This document shows, in pieces, positions 45,250 through 58,129 of a DNA stretch of 64,000 nt. A model generated the notes under the pieces. That model was not told the DNA's origin, ran no database searches, and saw nothing but the letters and a program-made list of their open reading frames with translations. This stretch comes from Octopus vulgaris (taxonomy: Eukaryota), in contig OX597814.1 in NCBI GenBank assembly GCA_951406725.2, forward strand, positions 68,820,001-68,884,000, read 5' to 3'. Position 1 is the stretch's first letter. Each line of letters begins with the position of its first letter. The translations under genes were made by a program, and so were the position numbers.

Positions 45250-46074
45250 GGTGCGGTGAATAAACTGTCGTCTAAATTACGCATAAATGAAAATAACATT
45301 GACATCACATTTTAAAAGATACATTTACCAAAATTACATAAAAATATCTTGTAATACTGAAGAGTAAATTTACTCAATAAAATCGCCATTAGCGTCAACC
45401 ACGGCCTCCATACGACTTCGGAATCTCCTGCAATTCTTCTAGATGGTCTCCTTGTTTAAGTTGGTGAATGTTGCCATAATCCTTGCCTTCAGTTCATATC
45501 TTGTATTACAAGTAGCTTTGTAGGTCTCTCGATCAACTGCGCCCCACACAATAATCAAGGTAGTTGCAGTTTGGGGAAGCCATGACTGGGTTCTCCTGCT
45601 TGTGTGGCATGGTGCAGAGTCCTACTGCGAGACATAGGGTCTTCCAGTAGCCACCCTGTTCACCTAGGGCTGTACTGCCTCCTCCAGTCACTTGATGTAG
45701 ACCTCTGTGTTGTGCTTGAGGCTGTGTGGGAAGATGAATGGAGGCATAACATTGCCATCACTAGTGATCACTCCAAACACCATGATGTTGACTGGATATT
45801 TGGTTTTAATAGTCTCAGTACATGTCCTGCGATAGCTCTATCCTCAGAATGACACCCAAACACTCTGGAATGTTTGTACTGGAGCTTCCAGCGCGAATGC
45901 CAAGCAGTACAGCTTCTTGATTCCAAATTTCTGGCAGAGAGAATTGCGTCATGATTCTACATTTCTCACAGATGGTGCCCAACTATACTGTGTAGTCGAC
46001 AAAATAAAAAAAAAGCAGTGAGCATGCGCGAAATTAAAAATATAAAACGGCGACAATTTACTAATCGCACCCTA
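45247..46074 (-). mobile_element. Internally deleted Tc1/mariner element
   Basis: Imperfect TIRs CAGGGTGCGGTGAATAAACTGTCG / CGACAATTTACTAATCGCACCCT in TA. Minus-strand remnants IMVFGVITSDG and SPNCNYLDYCVWG. Confidence 0.8.
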
Positions 46075-46522
46075 TATGTATGTATGTGTGTGTATATATA
46101 TACATATATATATATATGCATATGATATATATATACACATATATATACATAATAAGAGTAAATAATTTCTTTAATGGTTTTTAAAAAACCAACAATTATT
46201 TACTGGTAGATTTCGGCATGTAAATATAACCATTAACGGTAGGAACTTCTGTAAAGTTCAGTATATATATATATCGTATATAAATAAAAGGGGCAGGCAA
46301 CAGGTTGCTTGGCCGCATACCGAAAAAAATAGAAATGGCAGCCATAGACTGTTTATTTCTATTTTCTACAAATGGGACTCCACATACGACATATCCCTAT
46401 AATTCACATATGCAAAACAGGAGGAATAAATAACGAAAACAAAGTCTAATGCTGCCTGCCCCTTTTATTCATATATATACATATATATTCGTATATATTC
46501 ATATATATACATATATATATAT

Positions 46523-46606
<84 letters not shown>

Positions 46607-46616
46607 ATATATATAA

Positions 46617-46649
<33 letters not shown>

Positions 46650-46778
46650 AACATATATGTATATATACATATATATATAATTAATTAAAAAAAAACAAGA
46701 AAAAGCACAAGAAAAAACAACACGATGACGTGATTCATGCAAAGTATTACCAGACGCTCAGGGAAGGAAAGAAAAGTA

Positions 46779-46813
46779 GTTTTACGTTTCGAGCAAACCT
46801 CTTCGTCAGAAAC
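46779..46813 (-). ncRNA. Minimal type I hammerhead ribozyme, canonical core
   Basis: GTTT-CTGACGA-A-GAG(gtttg)CTC-GAAAC-GTA-AAAC. Confidence 0.7.
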
Positions 46814-46899
46814 AGGTGACCGAGGAAAGTCGAAGAGAAAAGGAAGACAGAGGAAAAAATCGCCAAAGATTTTTGAAATATATATATATATATATATAT

Positions 46900-47731
46900 A
46901 CTTTCAGTAAAACAATTACGATTCAAGTGAGTTCTAATGAATTCACATGAATGCGGTACTTAACTTAGATGCACCAGAAATCTTTATGGTATTAACCATA
47001 AAATAATGTGGGGTGATTATAAACAAGAAAAAAGCAACAAGAATGGATTAGTTGTTCAGTACAATTGTTTCATACGAAGAACAGATTTATTAAAAGCTGC
47101 AAATATTGCAGCAAATACAAGTGTCCCGTATTCATCAGCCAAAACACATATGAGTTTTCCAAACATCCTAGGGGGTGAGGCTACACTCATGAAGTATCGA
47201 AGAGAGTTCTATGAAAAGCAAAGTTAGATTGTAAGAAGCCTTAAAATGTTCTCTAATGATGCACAGTTTTATAAAAGGTTTTTTTTTAAATTTGTTAGCT
47301 TTTGTGAAACGAATAGAAGTGTGATCAACATCTTCTCCTCATATATCAGGAAATTACATCTACATTATTATGGATACATTCATCTTCTCTGAGAATAAAA
47401 TCTCTCCTCATATCTCCGGAAATTACACCAGCATTATTATGGATGGATTTCTGTGAAGCTAACAAATTTTTTTAAAAACCTTTTATAAAACTGTGCATCA
47501 TTAGAGAACATTTTAAGGCTGCTTACAATCTAACTTTGCTTTTCATAGAACTCTCTTCGATACTTCATGAGTGTAGCCTCACCCCCTAGGATGTTTGGAA
47601 AACTCATATGTGTTTTGGCTGATGAATACGGGACACTTGTATTTGCTGCAATATTTGCAGCTTTTAATAAATCTGTTCTTCGTATGAAACAATTGTACTG
47701 AACAACTAATCCATTCTTGTTGCTTTTTTCT

Positions 47732-47733
<2 letters not shown>
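46900..47733. repeat. Coding-less inverted pLTR pair with HHRs at 47055-47143 (minus) and 47614-47702 (plus); same family as 4783-6983
   Basis: ~47023-47305 is inverted at ~47450-47733. HHR reads CTGATGA-ATACGGGACA...TGTTCTTCGTAT-GAAA-CAATTG-TA. Confidence 0.8.
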
Positions 47734-47815
<82 letters not shown>

Positions 47816-47828
47816 GTGTATATATATA

Positions 47829-47872
<44 letters not shown>

Positions 47873-48041
47873 CCTCTTACCTGTTTGTGTCTGCCTTCCA
47901 ATTGCTGTTTTTACTGAGATCTCCCTTTTTAGTAGAAGAAATAGCTATAACTCTTTGACTGCTATTTCTAAATTCGGTATGTGGTAAGGCAATTCGTTGC
48001 CAAACCCTTTATTGCTTAGTATATATATATATATATATATA

Positions 48042-49822
48042 CCAGTAAATCCGAGATCCGAAAAAGAAGAACACTCCAAGTTATAGAGTAGTATAGTATA
48101 TAGGTAAATAAGGCCGATCTATGGGATTACCCTGGTTTTCATGTCCATAAAGTGCTTAGCTTTACCGCGTATCATCAGACCCCAAAACCTGTTGGCATAT
48201 TGCCTCAGTAGCAAGTGGTCTCTCTAGAGAATGGAGGAGGAAAGGACTTCGTTATTCTGTCAACAACAGGGTGTTGTCTCCCTTTGGTTGTTATTCGTAA
48301 TCGACTGTTATCGTGTGGGTTCCAGGATACCAGCAGAACTTTCCTTTAATATCCTCACGCGTTCAGCTATGTACAGTTTGCAACACTTGATCCCGTTTAT
48401 GTGGAGGCCTGGATTTTTAAGATTCTCTATGATGCAAAATTTCTTCGTGTGGAATTTCTTCGTCCTCCAGCCGCCATACATGGCTGCTTAATGATGTAGC
48501 ATATCCCCTTTTCGGTATTCTGAAAGAGGATTTGTGGTTGGAGAGACGTCGCTTGAATGTATTACTGGAGCATCCAATGTATCTGTGTGCGGGTGTTGAC
48601 GATGTTGTATCTGCTGGTGTTGATGCTGCTGCTACCGCTGTTGTTGGTACCGGTGCTGTTGGTGTTGTTATTGGCGTCGTTGAAAGTGGCGATGGTGCTG
48701 GTGCTGTTACTACTGGCATAGTAACACCATCAACGGTGGTGGCGTTGTTGTTGGTGTTGTGGTCATCGTCGCTGGTGTTGTGGTCATCGTCACTGGTGTT
48801 GTTGGAGCTGTTGTCGGTACTTTCATGTTGTCGGCGCAATCATGCTGTCACTGTTATTATTGCTATCATTTGCGATGGTTCTGCCGCTATTTCTGTTAGG
48901 GATACTGCCATTGCTGTGGTTGATATTGTTATTGCGGGCGATAGTGCTGCCGCTAATTCTGTTCGTATTTCTACTGCCGCTGCTGCTGCTGCTATTGGTG
49001 CTTACATTCCTGCTACTGTAGTAGACGTCGGGGAAGCTACTGAAGTTGTTGCTGCTACTCCGAGGATCGGCTAGTACCTCAGGTTCATAGACGACTCACT
49101 TGATTTCGCAATGGTCTCCCACTGAAGTCCCTGCATGAGCATCCCGTCTCCGCCCGTAGAATAGAGATGCCATCTAAAATTATCTTAATATCGGGAGCGC
49201 AGCTAAATGAAACCCTGTTGAAAACGCTTCTGTACGTGAAGTGTTTATCTACTAGTCTAAGGAATATCTTATTTACACACATTTTTACGTTGAGGGAGAA
49301 GTGGGGTACAAACCAATCATATTTTCAGCGCTTCCTTCTGAGGGTGTTAGGGCCCGGCATTTAGGAATTGCGGTCCCATATCCGCTAGCTGAAGGACGGA
49401 GAAATTCCACATGGGATATCATGGAAAGTCTTAGAAAATCCAGGCCCCTATATAAATAGGACAAAGCATTGTAAACTGTGCATAACCGAACGGGCGAGGA
49501 TATTACAGGACTCCCTCGACTCGGGAAACATCCTTAACTCCAGAATGGAAGTCTTCAGACCATGTTTGCACTTCAGAAAATTTTTGCTGGCGTCCAGAGA
49601 CCTACATTATATCAGAGTCTATTACGAATAACAACCAAATGGAGACAATCCCCTGTTGTTGACATAGAATAATGAAGTCTTTTTCTCCTCCATTTTCTAG
49701 AGAGGCCACTTGCTACTGAGGCCATATGCCAACAGGTTTTGGGATCTGAAGATATGCTGTAAAGCTAAGCACCTTATGGACCTGAAATCCGGGATTATCC
49801 CATAGATCGGCCTTATCTATCT
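48042..49822 (-). mobile_element. Nematis-like PLE 3' part (GIY-YIG) with a diverged inverted 3'-end copy
   Basis: RYIGCSSNTFKRRLSNHKSSFR...SLSSHVW on the minus strand. Plus strand 49376-49600 encodes ISWKVLE...CKLCITE...LNSRMEVFRPCLH. 48108-48490 is an inverted match to 49380-49815. Confidence 0.8.
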
Positions 49823-49847
49823 TTATATATATATATATATATATATA

Positions 49848-50343
49848 TTAGACAAAATGAGATAACAAAACCAAGGGTGTGAGGAGTTTCAGGATACTTA
49901 AAAGGAAAAAAATATAGATATAGTTTTACAGCTGTTTCTGGGATATTATGGATATCCCTTCATTAGAGACGATGTGAAATGGTTAAATAGAGGTAAGTAT
50001 TTGAGTTCAAAATAAGGAATTATTATGGAAAAGGAGGAGATAAGGAATATAGGGGGAAATGAGGGAATGAAAGTAGAAATAAAAATACAAAATATATAAA
50101 GATATTATAGTTTCAGGAAAGTGGTATACAGAAGTGGTAAGAAAATTTCCACTTCTCTTTTTCTATAATAATTCCTTATTTGGAACTCAAATATTTACCT
50201 CTATTTAACCATCTCACATCGTCTCTGATGAAGGGATAGCCATAATACCCCAGAAATAGCTGTAAGACTATATCTATATATTTTCCTTATAAATGTTCTG
50301 AAAACTCCCCACAGCCTTGGCTTTGTTATCTCAGTTTGTCTAA
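49848..50343. repeat. Coding-less inverted-repeat element with HHRs at 49923-49970 (minus) and 50221-50268 (plus)
   Basis: ~200-bp imperfect arms. Plus copy reads GTCT-CTGATGA-A-GGG...CCC-A-GAAA-TAGCTG-TA-AGAC; minus copy has CTAATGA and a 7-bp helix II GGGATAT/ATATCCC. Confidence 0.78.
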
Positions 50344-50484
50344 TATATATATATGCATGCTAATACAAGACTCACATTAGACTCTTCTTTCGTATAACTA
50401 TAGAACCAAGAATTTAATTACGGTCTGTCCATAGCACTTACTTAGCCTTACCTGCCACTCTTTAAATCTTCTAGATATCAATAC

Positions 50485-50576
<92 letters not shown>

Positions 50577-50624
50577 ATCATATATGTATATATATATATA
50601 TGTATATATATTCTTTTCTTTTAC

Positions 50625-50810
50625 TTGTTTAATCATTTGACTGCGGTCATGCTGGTGCACCACCTTTAGTCGAACAAATCAACCCTAGAACTTATTCTTT
50701 GTAAACCTAGGCTTATCTAATCGGTCTCTTTTGCTGAACCGCTAAGTTACGAGTACGTAAACACACCAACATCGGTGTCAAGCAATGGTGGGGGGACAAA
50801 CACAAACATA
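50625..50810 (-). mobile_element. SINE 3' part sharing its tail with the CR1-like LINE
   Basis: CTGCGGTCATGCTGGTGCACCACC (50641-50664) matches CTGCGGGCATGCTGATGCACCGCC (2253-2276). Confidence 0.6.
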
Positions 50811-50859
50811 CAAATACATACATATTTTTTTCTGAATTTGTGTAAATGTGTATAGAATA

Positions 50860-53800
50860 ATATATCAGTTGAATAAAGTTAAAAACTGGTCTGGCTTTCA
50901 CGTTTTTTATTATTGTTATTTTTCTTTCAATTTTACAATGATGAAGTGTGTTAAACATTAATAAAATATTTTGCAATGTTCATAAAGTTCAATTAGTGCT
51001 TTCATACGTTCGTAGTAATCATCAGATTTCAAAATGTATTTAACTGACAGTTGAGTTCTTGACAACTGTAGTAAAATGACTGACTTCTCCCGTTTTATAT
51101 CTCTTACAAAGCTCCAACAAGCTGAAATTTTCATAGACAGTTTTGACCAATCCGCATGCAGATTAAATGTCACGGTGTGCTGGGTGCTTCGATATTACTG
51201 GCATAGATCCCGCCTTTATTTTAACCAATTAGCTTACGGTTTACTGTAATGGTTTTATAAATGAGTAAACTTAATTGGTTTCGATCGTTTTTATTTCAGT
51301 TGTTAGAAGTCTTCTGTAATTTGTTTATATTATTATGTTAAGATATTTTTTTATCCACATCATTAACTGGTTGTTATATTATTGTTGTCATTTCCGTTCA
51401 GAACAGGTTTGAACATTTTAATAAAACGTTTTTTCTTTTATCATTCTTCCAAGCTCGAATTTGGATAGTTTTTTTCCGTTGGAAAGAAATGTATTATTTT
51501 CGAGGAGGAAGCTGACCGCGTCTGGTATGAAGGTTACAGTAAATCTACTGTAGATCACTATTCTATGTTTCTCGACCCAATATATTATGGCAATACCCAA
51601 ATCATGTGGAATGTTCGTGTATTAGTTTGTTACATCAAAACTAACAATGAATTGGATTCTGCTGTTTTGGGCAGATGTGGCAGGGAATCGATGTCATCCC
51701 GAATGAAACTGGGTTTCAGTTTAAGGTCATTTGGTTGTAGTAGTTTTATGTATTCTCTACCTTATTCCTTTATAGCGTTTCGTATTTCTTTTGACTTATG
51801 TATTTTAGGTAAGTCATAGAAGTAGCTGGATTTCGACTCAAAATTGGTAATATAGTCCATTTCATTAAGAGTACGGGAGTTATAATGTTTTATAATGTTT
51901 TAAGTAAGGGAGTTATAATGTTTTAAGACTAAGTAATTGAGTTTCTTCATGATGCGGTGGTCAATATTTGAGGGTATTTCACGGTAGAACGTTGATCCTT
52001 CAAATGATCTTCAGCTAAATCTAGGTAATATTTTATACCATTATAACAATGGCACCCCCTTTATCCGCTTGTTTGATGGCAATCGTGTTGTCATTTTTAA
52101 GATGTACGAGGGACGTTCAATAAGTAATGCCCCTGACCACTTGCAGTTGTTTGATCTAGCTGAAATTTTGCATGTGCAATTATTTATATCTCTACAGATT
52201 AAGTGATAAATTACAGCCCTGAACTAATTGTGGTTTCTGATTTACAAGTGTTTGAACTGAGTTAAGTGTGAAATGGAGCCTGTTGAGTGTCGAACAGTGA
52301 TCCGGTTTTTGTATTTGAAAGGACACACACCACGAGAGACTTTTGATGAAATGAAAGTAACTTATGGTGATGATGCCCCATCATATGACCTTGTAAAACG
52401 CTGGCATCCTGAATTCAAACATGGTCGGACTCTGTGGAAACAGCTCCAGATCTGGTCGCCCCCCTTCTGCCATTTATGAGGTATCTGTCTGTCAAGTTGA
52501 GGCTGCCATTTTGGAAGATCGACGCATAACTATTCGCCAAATAGCCCATGAGGTCAAGATTAGTACCAGGTCTGTGGAAACTATCATTCATGACCATTTG
52601 CATATGCAAAAGGTGTCTGCCAGATGGATTCCCAGGTTGCTCACACCTTTCCAGAAGCAAGAACGCGTCGAGTGCTTGAGGATGAATTTGGAGATGTGCC
52701 AAGAAGATGAGTCAAATTTTTTCAAAAGTCTGATTACACAGGATGAAAACTGGGTCCATCACTATGATCCAGAGACCAAAGCCCAGTCAATGCAGTGGAA
52801 GCACCGTGACTCACCGCCTCTAAAGAAGGCAAGGGTGCAACCCTCTGCTGGCAAGGTCATGCTCACAGTCTTCTGGGACCAGGACGGAGTAGTGATGACA
52901 GATTTCCTGGCAAAAGGTACCATAATTACAGGAGCCTATTATGCTTCACTTTTGAAGAAATTAAGAGAAGCTATCAAAATCAAGAGGCGGGGCAAGATCA
53001 GCAAAGGCATCTTCCTCCTGCAGGACAACGTTCCGGTCCACAACTCGCGTATCACCAGATCAGAAGCACAGGCGTGCGGCTACGAACTCCTCCCCCATCT
53101 GTCCTTGCACACTCTGATTCTCACCTCTTCCCAGCGATGAAGTTGTTTTTGAAAGGAAAGCGTTTCCCAGATGATGCAGCCTTGATTTCTGAAGTCATGT
53201 CGTGGTTGGAGGACCAAGCTGGGGTCTTCTACAAAAACGGTCCCCAGAGCTGCATCATACGATGGGAGAAATGCGTAACTCTGGGTGGTTCCTATGTAGA
53301 AAAAGATCAATAACTGTGTCACGTTTCGTTGCTCTACTGCTATGGGAAGTGGGTCAGGGGCATTACTTATTGAACGCCCCTCGTATAAGGGCCGACTTTT
53401 CTAGTTTTGAAATGTTTGGTCAATGAAAATCTGGAGAGGATATCAATGAACTGATATAGATGTGTATTTCGTCCTTTTGGCGGGTTAAATTTTGATTTAT
53501 TTTTCGCCAAGGATTCCTCATTCTCATTATTTTATCAGTAAAAAGCTCCACAAGTCTTAGTTTCCGACATAAGTTTGGGGTATCTTCCTCCAATTCTTGA
53601 TGGCTGACAGTACGTGTAGGTGTGAATTTTAGTCCTTCCATCAATAAACGAAGTTCGTCACTGTCTATATTTCTTTTTGACAGATTAATAATTTTAGGGC
53701 ATATCCTATCAGTTGTGTTTGGTTAGGTATTTTTTTCCCTCTTGTACCTAGGTATGGGTATATTATTTATATTTTCAGTTTGTGAAAGTATTTTATTTTT

Positions 53801-54702
53801 AGTTTATTTGACGATCTAGTATGTTTTTTGTTCTGTTTCTAATAGGTGATTTTTGTTGGAGTCATGAATGTGATTTCTCCCCGGTTTTTCTTCCTCTAAT
53901 ATTTTAATCGAATGAATAATCGTTTTGTTTAATAACCTTTTTATCAAAGGAATGTTTGTTTTGTTTGTGGTATTCTTGTATGTTACGTGTATCGGTATGT
54001 TTCTTTGTATTTTTAAATGATAAAAAGTTCTATCATAGTTCCTTGTGGTTGACTGTGTTTGTTGCCGCGTGTTTTCGTGTATGTTGTGTTGATTAGGTTG
54101 TTTCCTTATATTTCTTTTACGTGGAATTGAGGTGTCATTACCGTAGTTTTTAGCATATTTATCAATGAACAATCGTTTCTTTTGCCATAAATGTCTTGAT
54201 TAACTTCTTTTGTAATATCTTTAATCCACATCTCTTTCATTTTCTCAGCTATGCGTCCCGTGGCTATTTTCGAAAATTTCATCGTCCACTGTTTCGTATT
54301 TTGTCTGGAATCGAGACTCGTTACTTAGATTTATAGAGATGTCTATCTTCAATTTTGACACAGTCAGCGCCTATCTTAATTTTGTTTCTTCCTCCGGTTC
54401 TCCTATAATTTTTTAAATTAAGAATTTACGGGGAAGTATGGGTAAGTCTCACTCAGTTCAATCTGTGCATACTCAGCATATTTCTTTACATTTGTATGCC
54501 TTCCATTTTACTAGAACTCACCTGCCAGTTAAATACATTTTGAAATCTGATGATTACTACGAACGTATGAAAGTGCTAATTGAACTTTGTGAACATTACA
54601 AAATATTTTTTGATGCTTAACACACTTCAACATTGAAAAGAAAATTTTTTAATACAATAATAAAAAAACGTAAAAACCAGACCATGTCTTAACTTTATTC
54701 AA

Positions 54703-54706
<4 letters not shown>
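50860..54706 (-). mobile_element. Degraded Neptune-like PLE with inverted termini, interrupted by a mariner; same terminal family as 13118-15095
   Basis: EGLKFTPT...CRKLRLVE (53420-53644) and TFDLPKIHK-like remnant (~51820). 50865-51050 is inverted at 54525-54706. Confidence 0.75.
52107..53383 (+). mobile_element. Full-length mariner transposon (1277 bp), transposase frameshifted
   Basis: TIRs CGAGGGACGTTCAATAAGTAATGCCCCTGACC / GGTCAGGGGCATTACTTATTGAACGCCCCTCG with TA TSD. Transposase 52273-53313 in three pieces: WIPRLL, ITQDENW, LQDN, SDSHLF. Confidence 0.95.
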
Positions 54707-54738
<32 letters not shown>

Positions 54739-54739
<1 letters not shown>

Positions 54740-54914
54740 GACGAGCTTCTTTCAGTTTCCATCTACCAAATTCACTCACATGGCTTTGGTCGGCCAGGGA
54801 CTATAGTAGAAGACACTTGCCCAAGTTGCCACGCAGTGGGACTGAACCTGGAACCATATGGTTGGTAAGCAAGCTACTTACCACACAGTCTCCACATAGC
54901 CACTACTGCGCCTA
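54739..54914 (-). mobile_element. tRNA-derived SINE
   Basis: Minus strand has TGTGTGGTAAG (A-box-like) and GGTTCAGTCCC (B box); flanked by (TA)n. Confidence 0.75.
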
Positions 54915-54989
54915 TATGTGTGTATATATATATATAAACTTTATTTTATAATCTGTATTTTGTGCTCCATATAAATATCTGTATCAAGC

Positions 54990-55600
54990 CTCATGAAAGA
55001 TAAGAATTTTATGAAACAACACATTCACCATTGCTTACTGTATGAGTTTCGGAAGGAACGTACCGCTACTCAAGTTATGAAACATTTGTGTAGTGTATCT
55101 GGATGCAGTGAAAGCTCGTTCATATCAGCTGTGGTTTAAAAGGTTTAAAGATGGTGATTGTAACCTATCCAACGAGTTTCGTTCTGGAAGAAGACCCGCT
55201 CTGAATGACGACCTTTTGAATGGATCTACGTCAAAGCATCAGAGATTTGACGCAAAAATTTCATGTTTCATCCACGAACGTCTCAAGCAAATTGGGAAAG
55301 CATGCAAAGATGGAATTTGGGTTCGACGCTTGAGAGCCGAACACAACGTTCCACCATCTGCAGCAGTCTTCTAACCAGGAATAGCAAGCTATCATTTCTG
55401 CAGCGCATTGTTACGGGGAACGAAAAATAAGTTTTGCATCATAACAGAAGACAAAAAAGACAATAGTTATCATGTAATCAGAGGCTAGTACCAACATCAA
55501 AACCAGAACTCCATCCACAAAAATCCTTGCTCTGTGTTTTGGTGGAACATGAAAGGTATCGTCCATTACAGGTACTGGAGCATGGAAGGACCACCAAAGC
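54990..55600 (+). pseudogene. Decayed mariner transposase
   Basis: LWFKRFKDGD...RSGR, GIWV, FLQRIVTGNEK, LLCV.WWNMKGIVHY remnants. Confidence 0.75.
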
Positions 55601-57136
55601 CTATGGAAGACACCTGGCTAAATAAATATATATTTACCTCTCCTACCTCCTGACTTTATGTTTTTATATATTCTTCACAGAATAATTTTATTACTTTTTG
55701 GATTTTCGGTTACACGGACACTTTACATGACACTACTTTGTAATTGATTATTACGTGAGCTGATAGACGACACCGTAAGAGGAGCTTACTGTAATAGCAC
55801 ATGATTCTCTGAATTTATTATATCTATATCATTTAAATAGATACAGTAGCGTATATAATACCACTTGCTAAAATCAGAGCCAAGGCTCGAAAACCACCAG
55901 AACTGGTGGTTTTAATAAGTGTTATTATATACCTTACTGTATCTAAATTTGCCTTATATTGTGCCTGTAATGGTGTGAACCTGCTGGCCACCTTATTATT
56001 ACCTTATTAATATCGCTAATAAAGGTAATAATACATCATTTAAAATATATCATTTATATATATGGCACAGAGCTTCCCAAAGGTAGCTATCCATATCTAA
56101 GCATTGTCTAAGCCTAATTAGGTTACCCATGAAGAAAACCAAACAATACCAAAGTAATCCCCCACAAACTATGAATCCACAAACACTTTCCACTCTACAA
56201 AAATGAAAGACAACCCAGAATAACGAGGCTAAGATGTAAAATATTTGCAATCGAGCATAACATATGTATCTTCTCATTATCAACTGCCCAAACGGGTATC
56301 ACTATGGTTTCGATACTTGGGCTTTACCATTCAATCTAGCGGTGTCCACAACGTTAAAAATATAAACGTTGCCTTGCAATCCACGAGCTAATAACAAGTT
56401 ACAACATAAAGGTAAACAAACAGTGATAATTTATAAATTCAAAATAGTATTTATAACAAAGAATTCATTTAAAAAAGGACATTCAGACAATACAATAAAC
56501 ATAGAAAACTAGATGCTTTGTTTCTTAACATCACATTATGAACATGATACCACACCCATAACAAGGCTAACGACGATCGGTAGTACAGTACATCTCATAA
56601 ACAAAGCCCTCGAACTATGTACAAAGAAAAGGACAAGCTTAAATCAATATCTATGAAACAAATCCGGTACTACAAAATATATTAATCAAGTTAACGGCTT
56701 ATTAAAAGTAAAACAATAAAAAAAAAATTAAGATAAAAATAGGAAATAGAATTAAATTAAATTAGAAATTATATATATATAAATTCATATTTATTTATTC
56801 ATGTACATACATGTATAATTAAAACAAACAAACTTCTTAACAACAAAGTTATAATCCATTATAAATAAACAGTCAACGAGTTTGTTTGTTGGGAAAAAAA
56901 TCAAATTACACTTAATTATAGAATAAATAAATATATATGTACACTTACAAGCTGTAAACATTGAACATTACTAAAACAAAATTACTACCGAAATAATGCT
57001 ACCTTTAGCGAAACCCCACATTTTGCAGAGAAATTAGCTCACGTTCTTAACCCTACGCTGCCAAACACTGAAAGATCGATATCTGTCAACGTGCGGAAGT
57101 CAATGCTGACTACAAATAACATGTATAATATATATA

Positions 57137-58006
57137 CTGGGTGTTCGTGCTACATTTGACAATTTTTTATGTCTCCTTTTTTCTGGAACATTTTTATTTA
57201 TCTTTGAAGAGTCACCGGCACTGGAGAGCATAAAGATTAAAGCTGTAGTTGAGAGAAGGTCAGCTGAAAAAGATGTCTAGAACTCAACTGAATATTGGGA
57301 AACAGTTACCTATATCATGATGATTCGCACCGATTGTCAAAATGCCGACATCATGATTGCTGCTCAATGCTCTGTAAACACTGTAAACGCAGTAAGACAT
57401 GAAAGGGTCTACAAGGCCTTGACCATCAGAAAAAGACACAGCAGGTGCTTTGACTGCATCCGCTCGCCGGAATTCATCCCGACACCTTTAATCAGGGTAT
57501 TAGGCTCAATTCAGACGGTTACGTGAAGCTGCTAGAGACTGGCCAAACCCTCGCTGGAGCGGTTTACTACTAGAAGGCCATGAGTGGCAGCAGGACTCGG
57601 CTCCTTGTCATACCTCCGGAAAGTCTCGGAAATGGTTGTCGGAAAGTTCTACGATTGCACCAGCCCCAATTTCTGGCCTCATAATTCCCCCGATTGTAAT
57701 TCCATGGATTACTATGTGTGACACGCAGTTAAGAAAGACACCAACCGCTCTGCCCGCAACACCAAAGCCAAGTTTTTGAAGATCTTCCCAGAAACACAGT
57801 AAAAAACACATACGTCAGTTTCCCGAGCCGTGTTGAGGCTGTACTGGAAGCTGAGGACAGTTACTTTGAGTAAATTGTTATCTCCCAGCCATAATCTAGT
57901 TGATATTTTTTTTATTTTTTAAAGATATCTTTGTTTTTATTTTTGGATAGGTGATTGTCTTTTCTTTTCTTTTATGCAAACTGTCAAATTTAGTCCGAAC
58001 ACCTTG
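57137..58006 (+). mobile_element. Internally deleted Tc1/mariner element
   Basis: Imperfect TIRs CTGGGTGTTCGTGCTACATTTGACA / TGTCAAATTTAGTCCGAACACCTTG with TA. QQDSAPCH and WPHNSPDCNSMDYYV remnants. Confidence 0.78.
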
Positions 58007-58129
58007 TATAAGTGTTGCTGTTTCAGAGAAGGAATGATAAACAAAAAGGGTGAGGTTATATATCTTTGTGTTCTCTTGTGTATAAATTTCTTATCTGTTT
58101 GATTTATTATTCCAAATTTTCTTCGACAG

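Noticed and set aside
54840-54914. tRNA-like A/B boxes (also at 22300 and 31430)
   Set aside because: SINE heads; no complete cloverleaf is evident.
55760-55920. GAAAACCACC-loop-GGTGGTTTTA hairpin resembling HHR helix III
   Set aside because: No canonical CUGANGA box could be placed in register.
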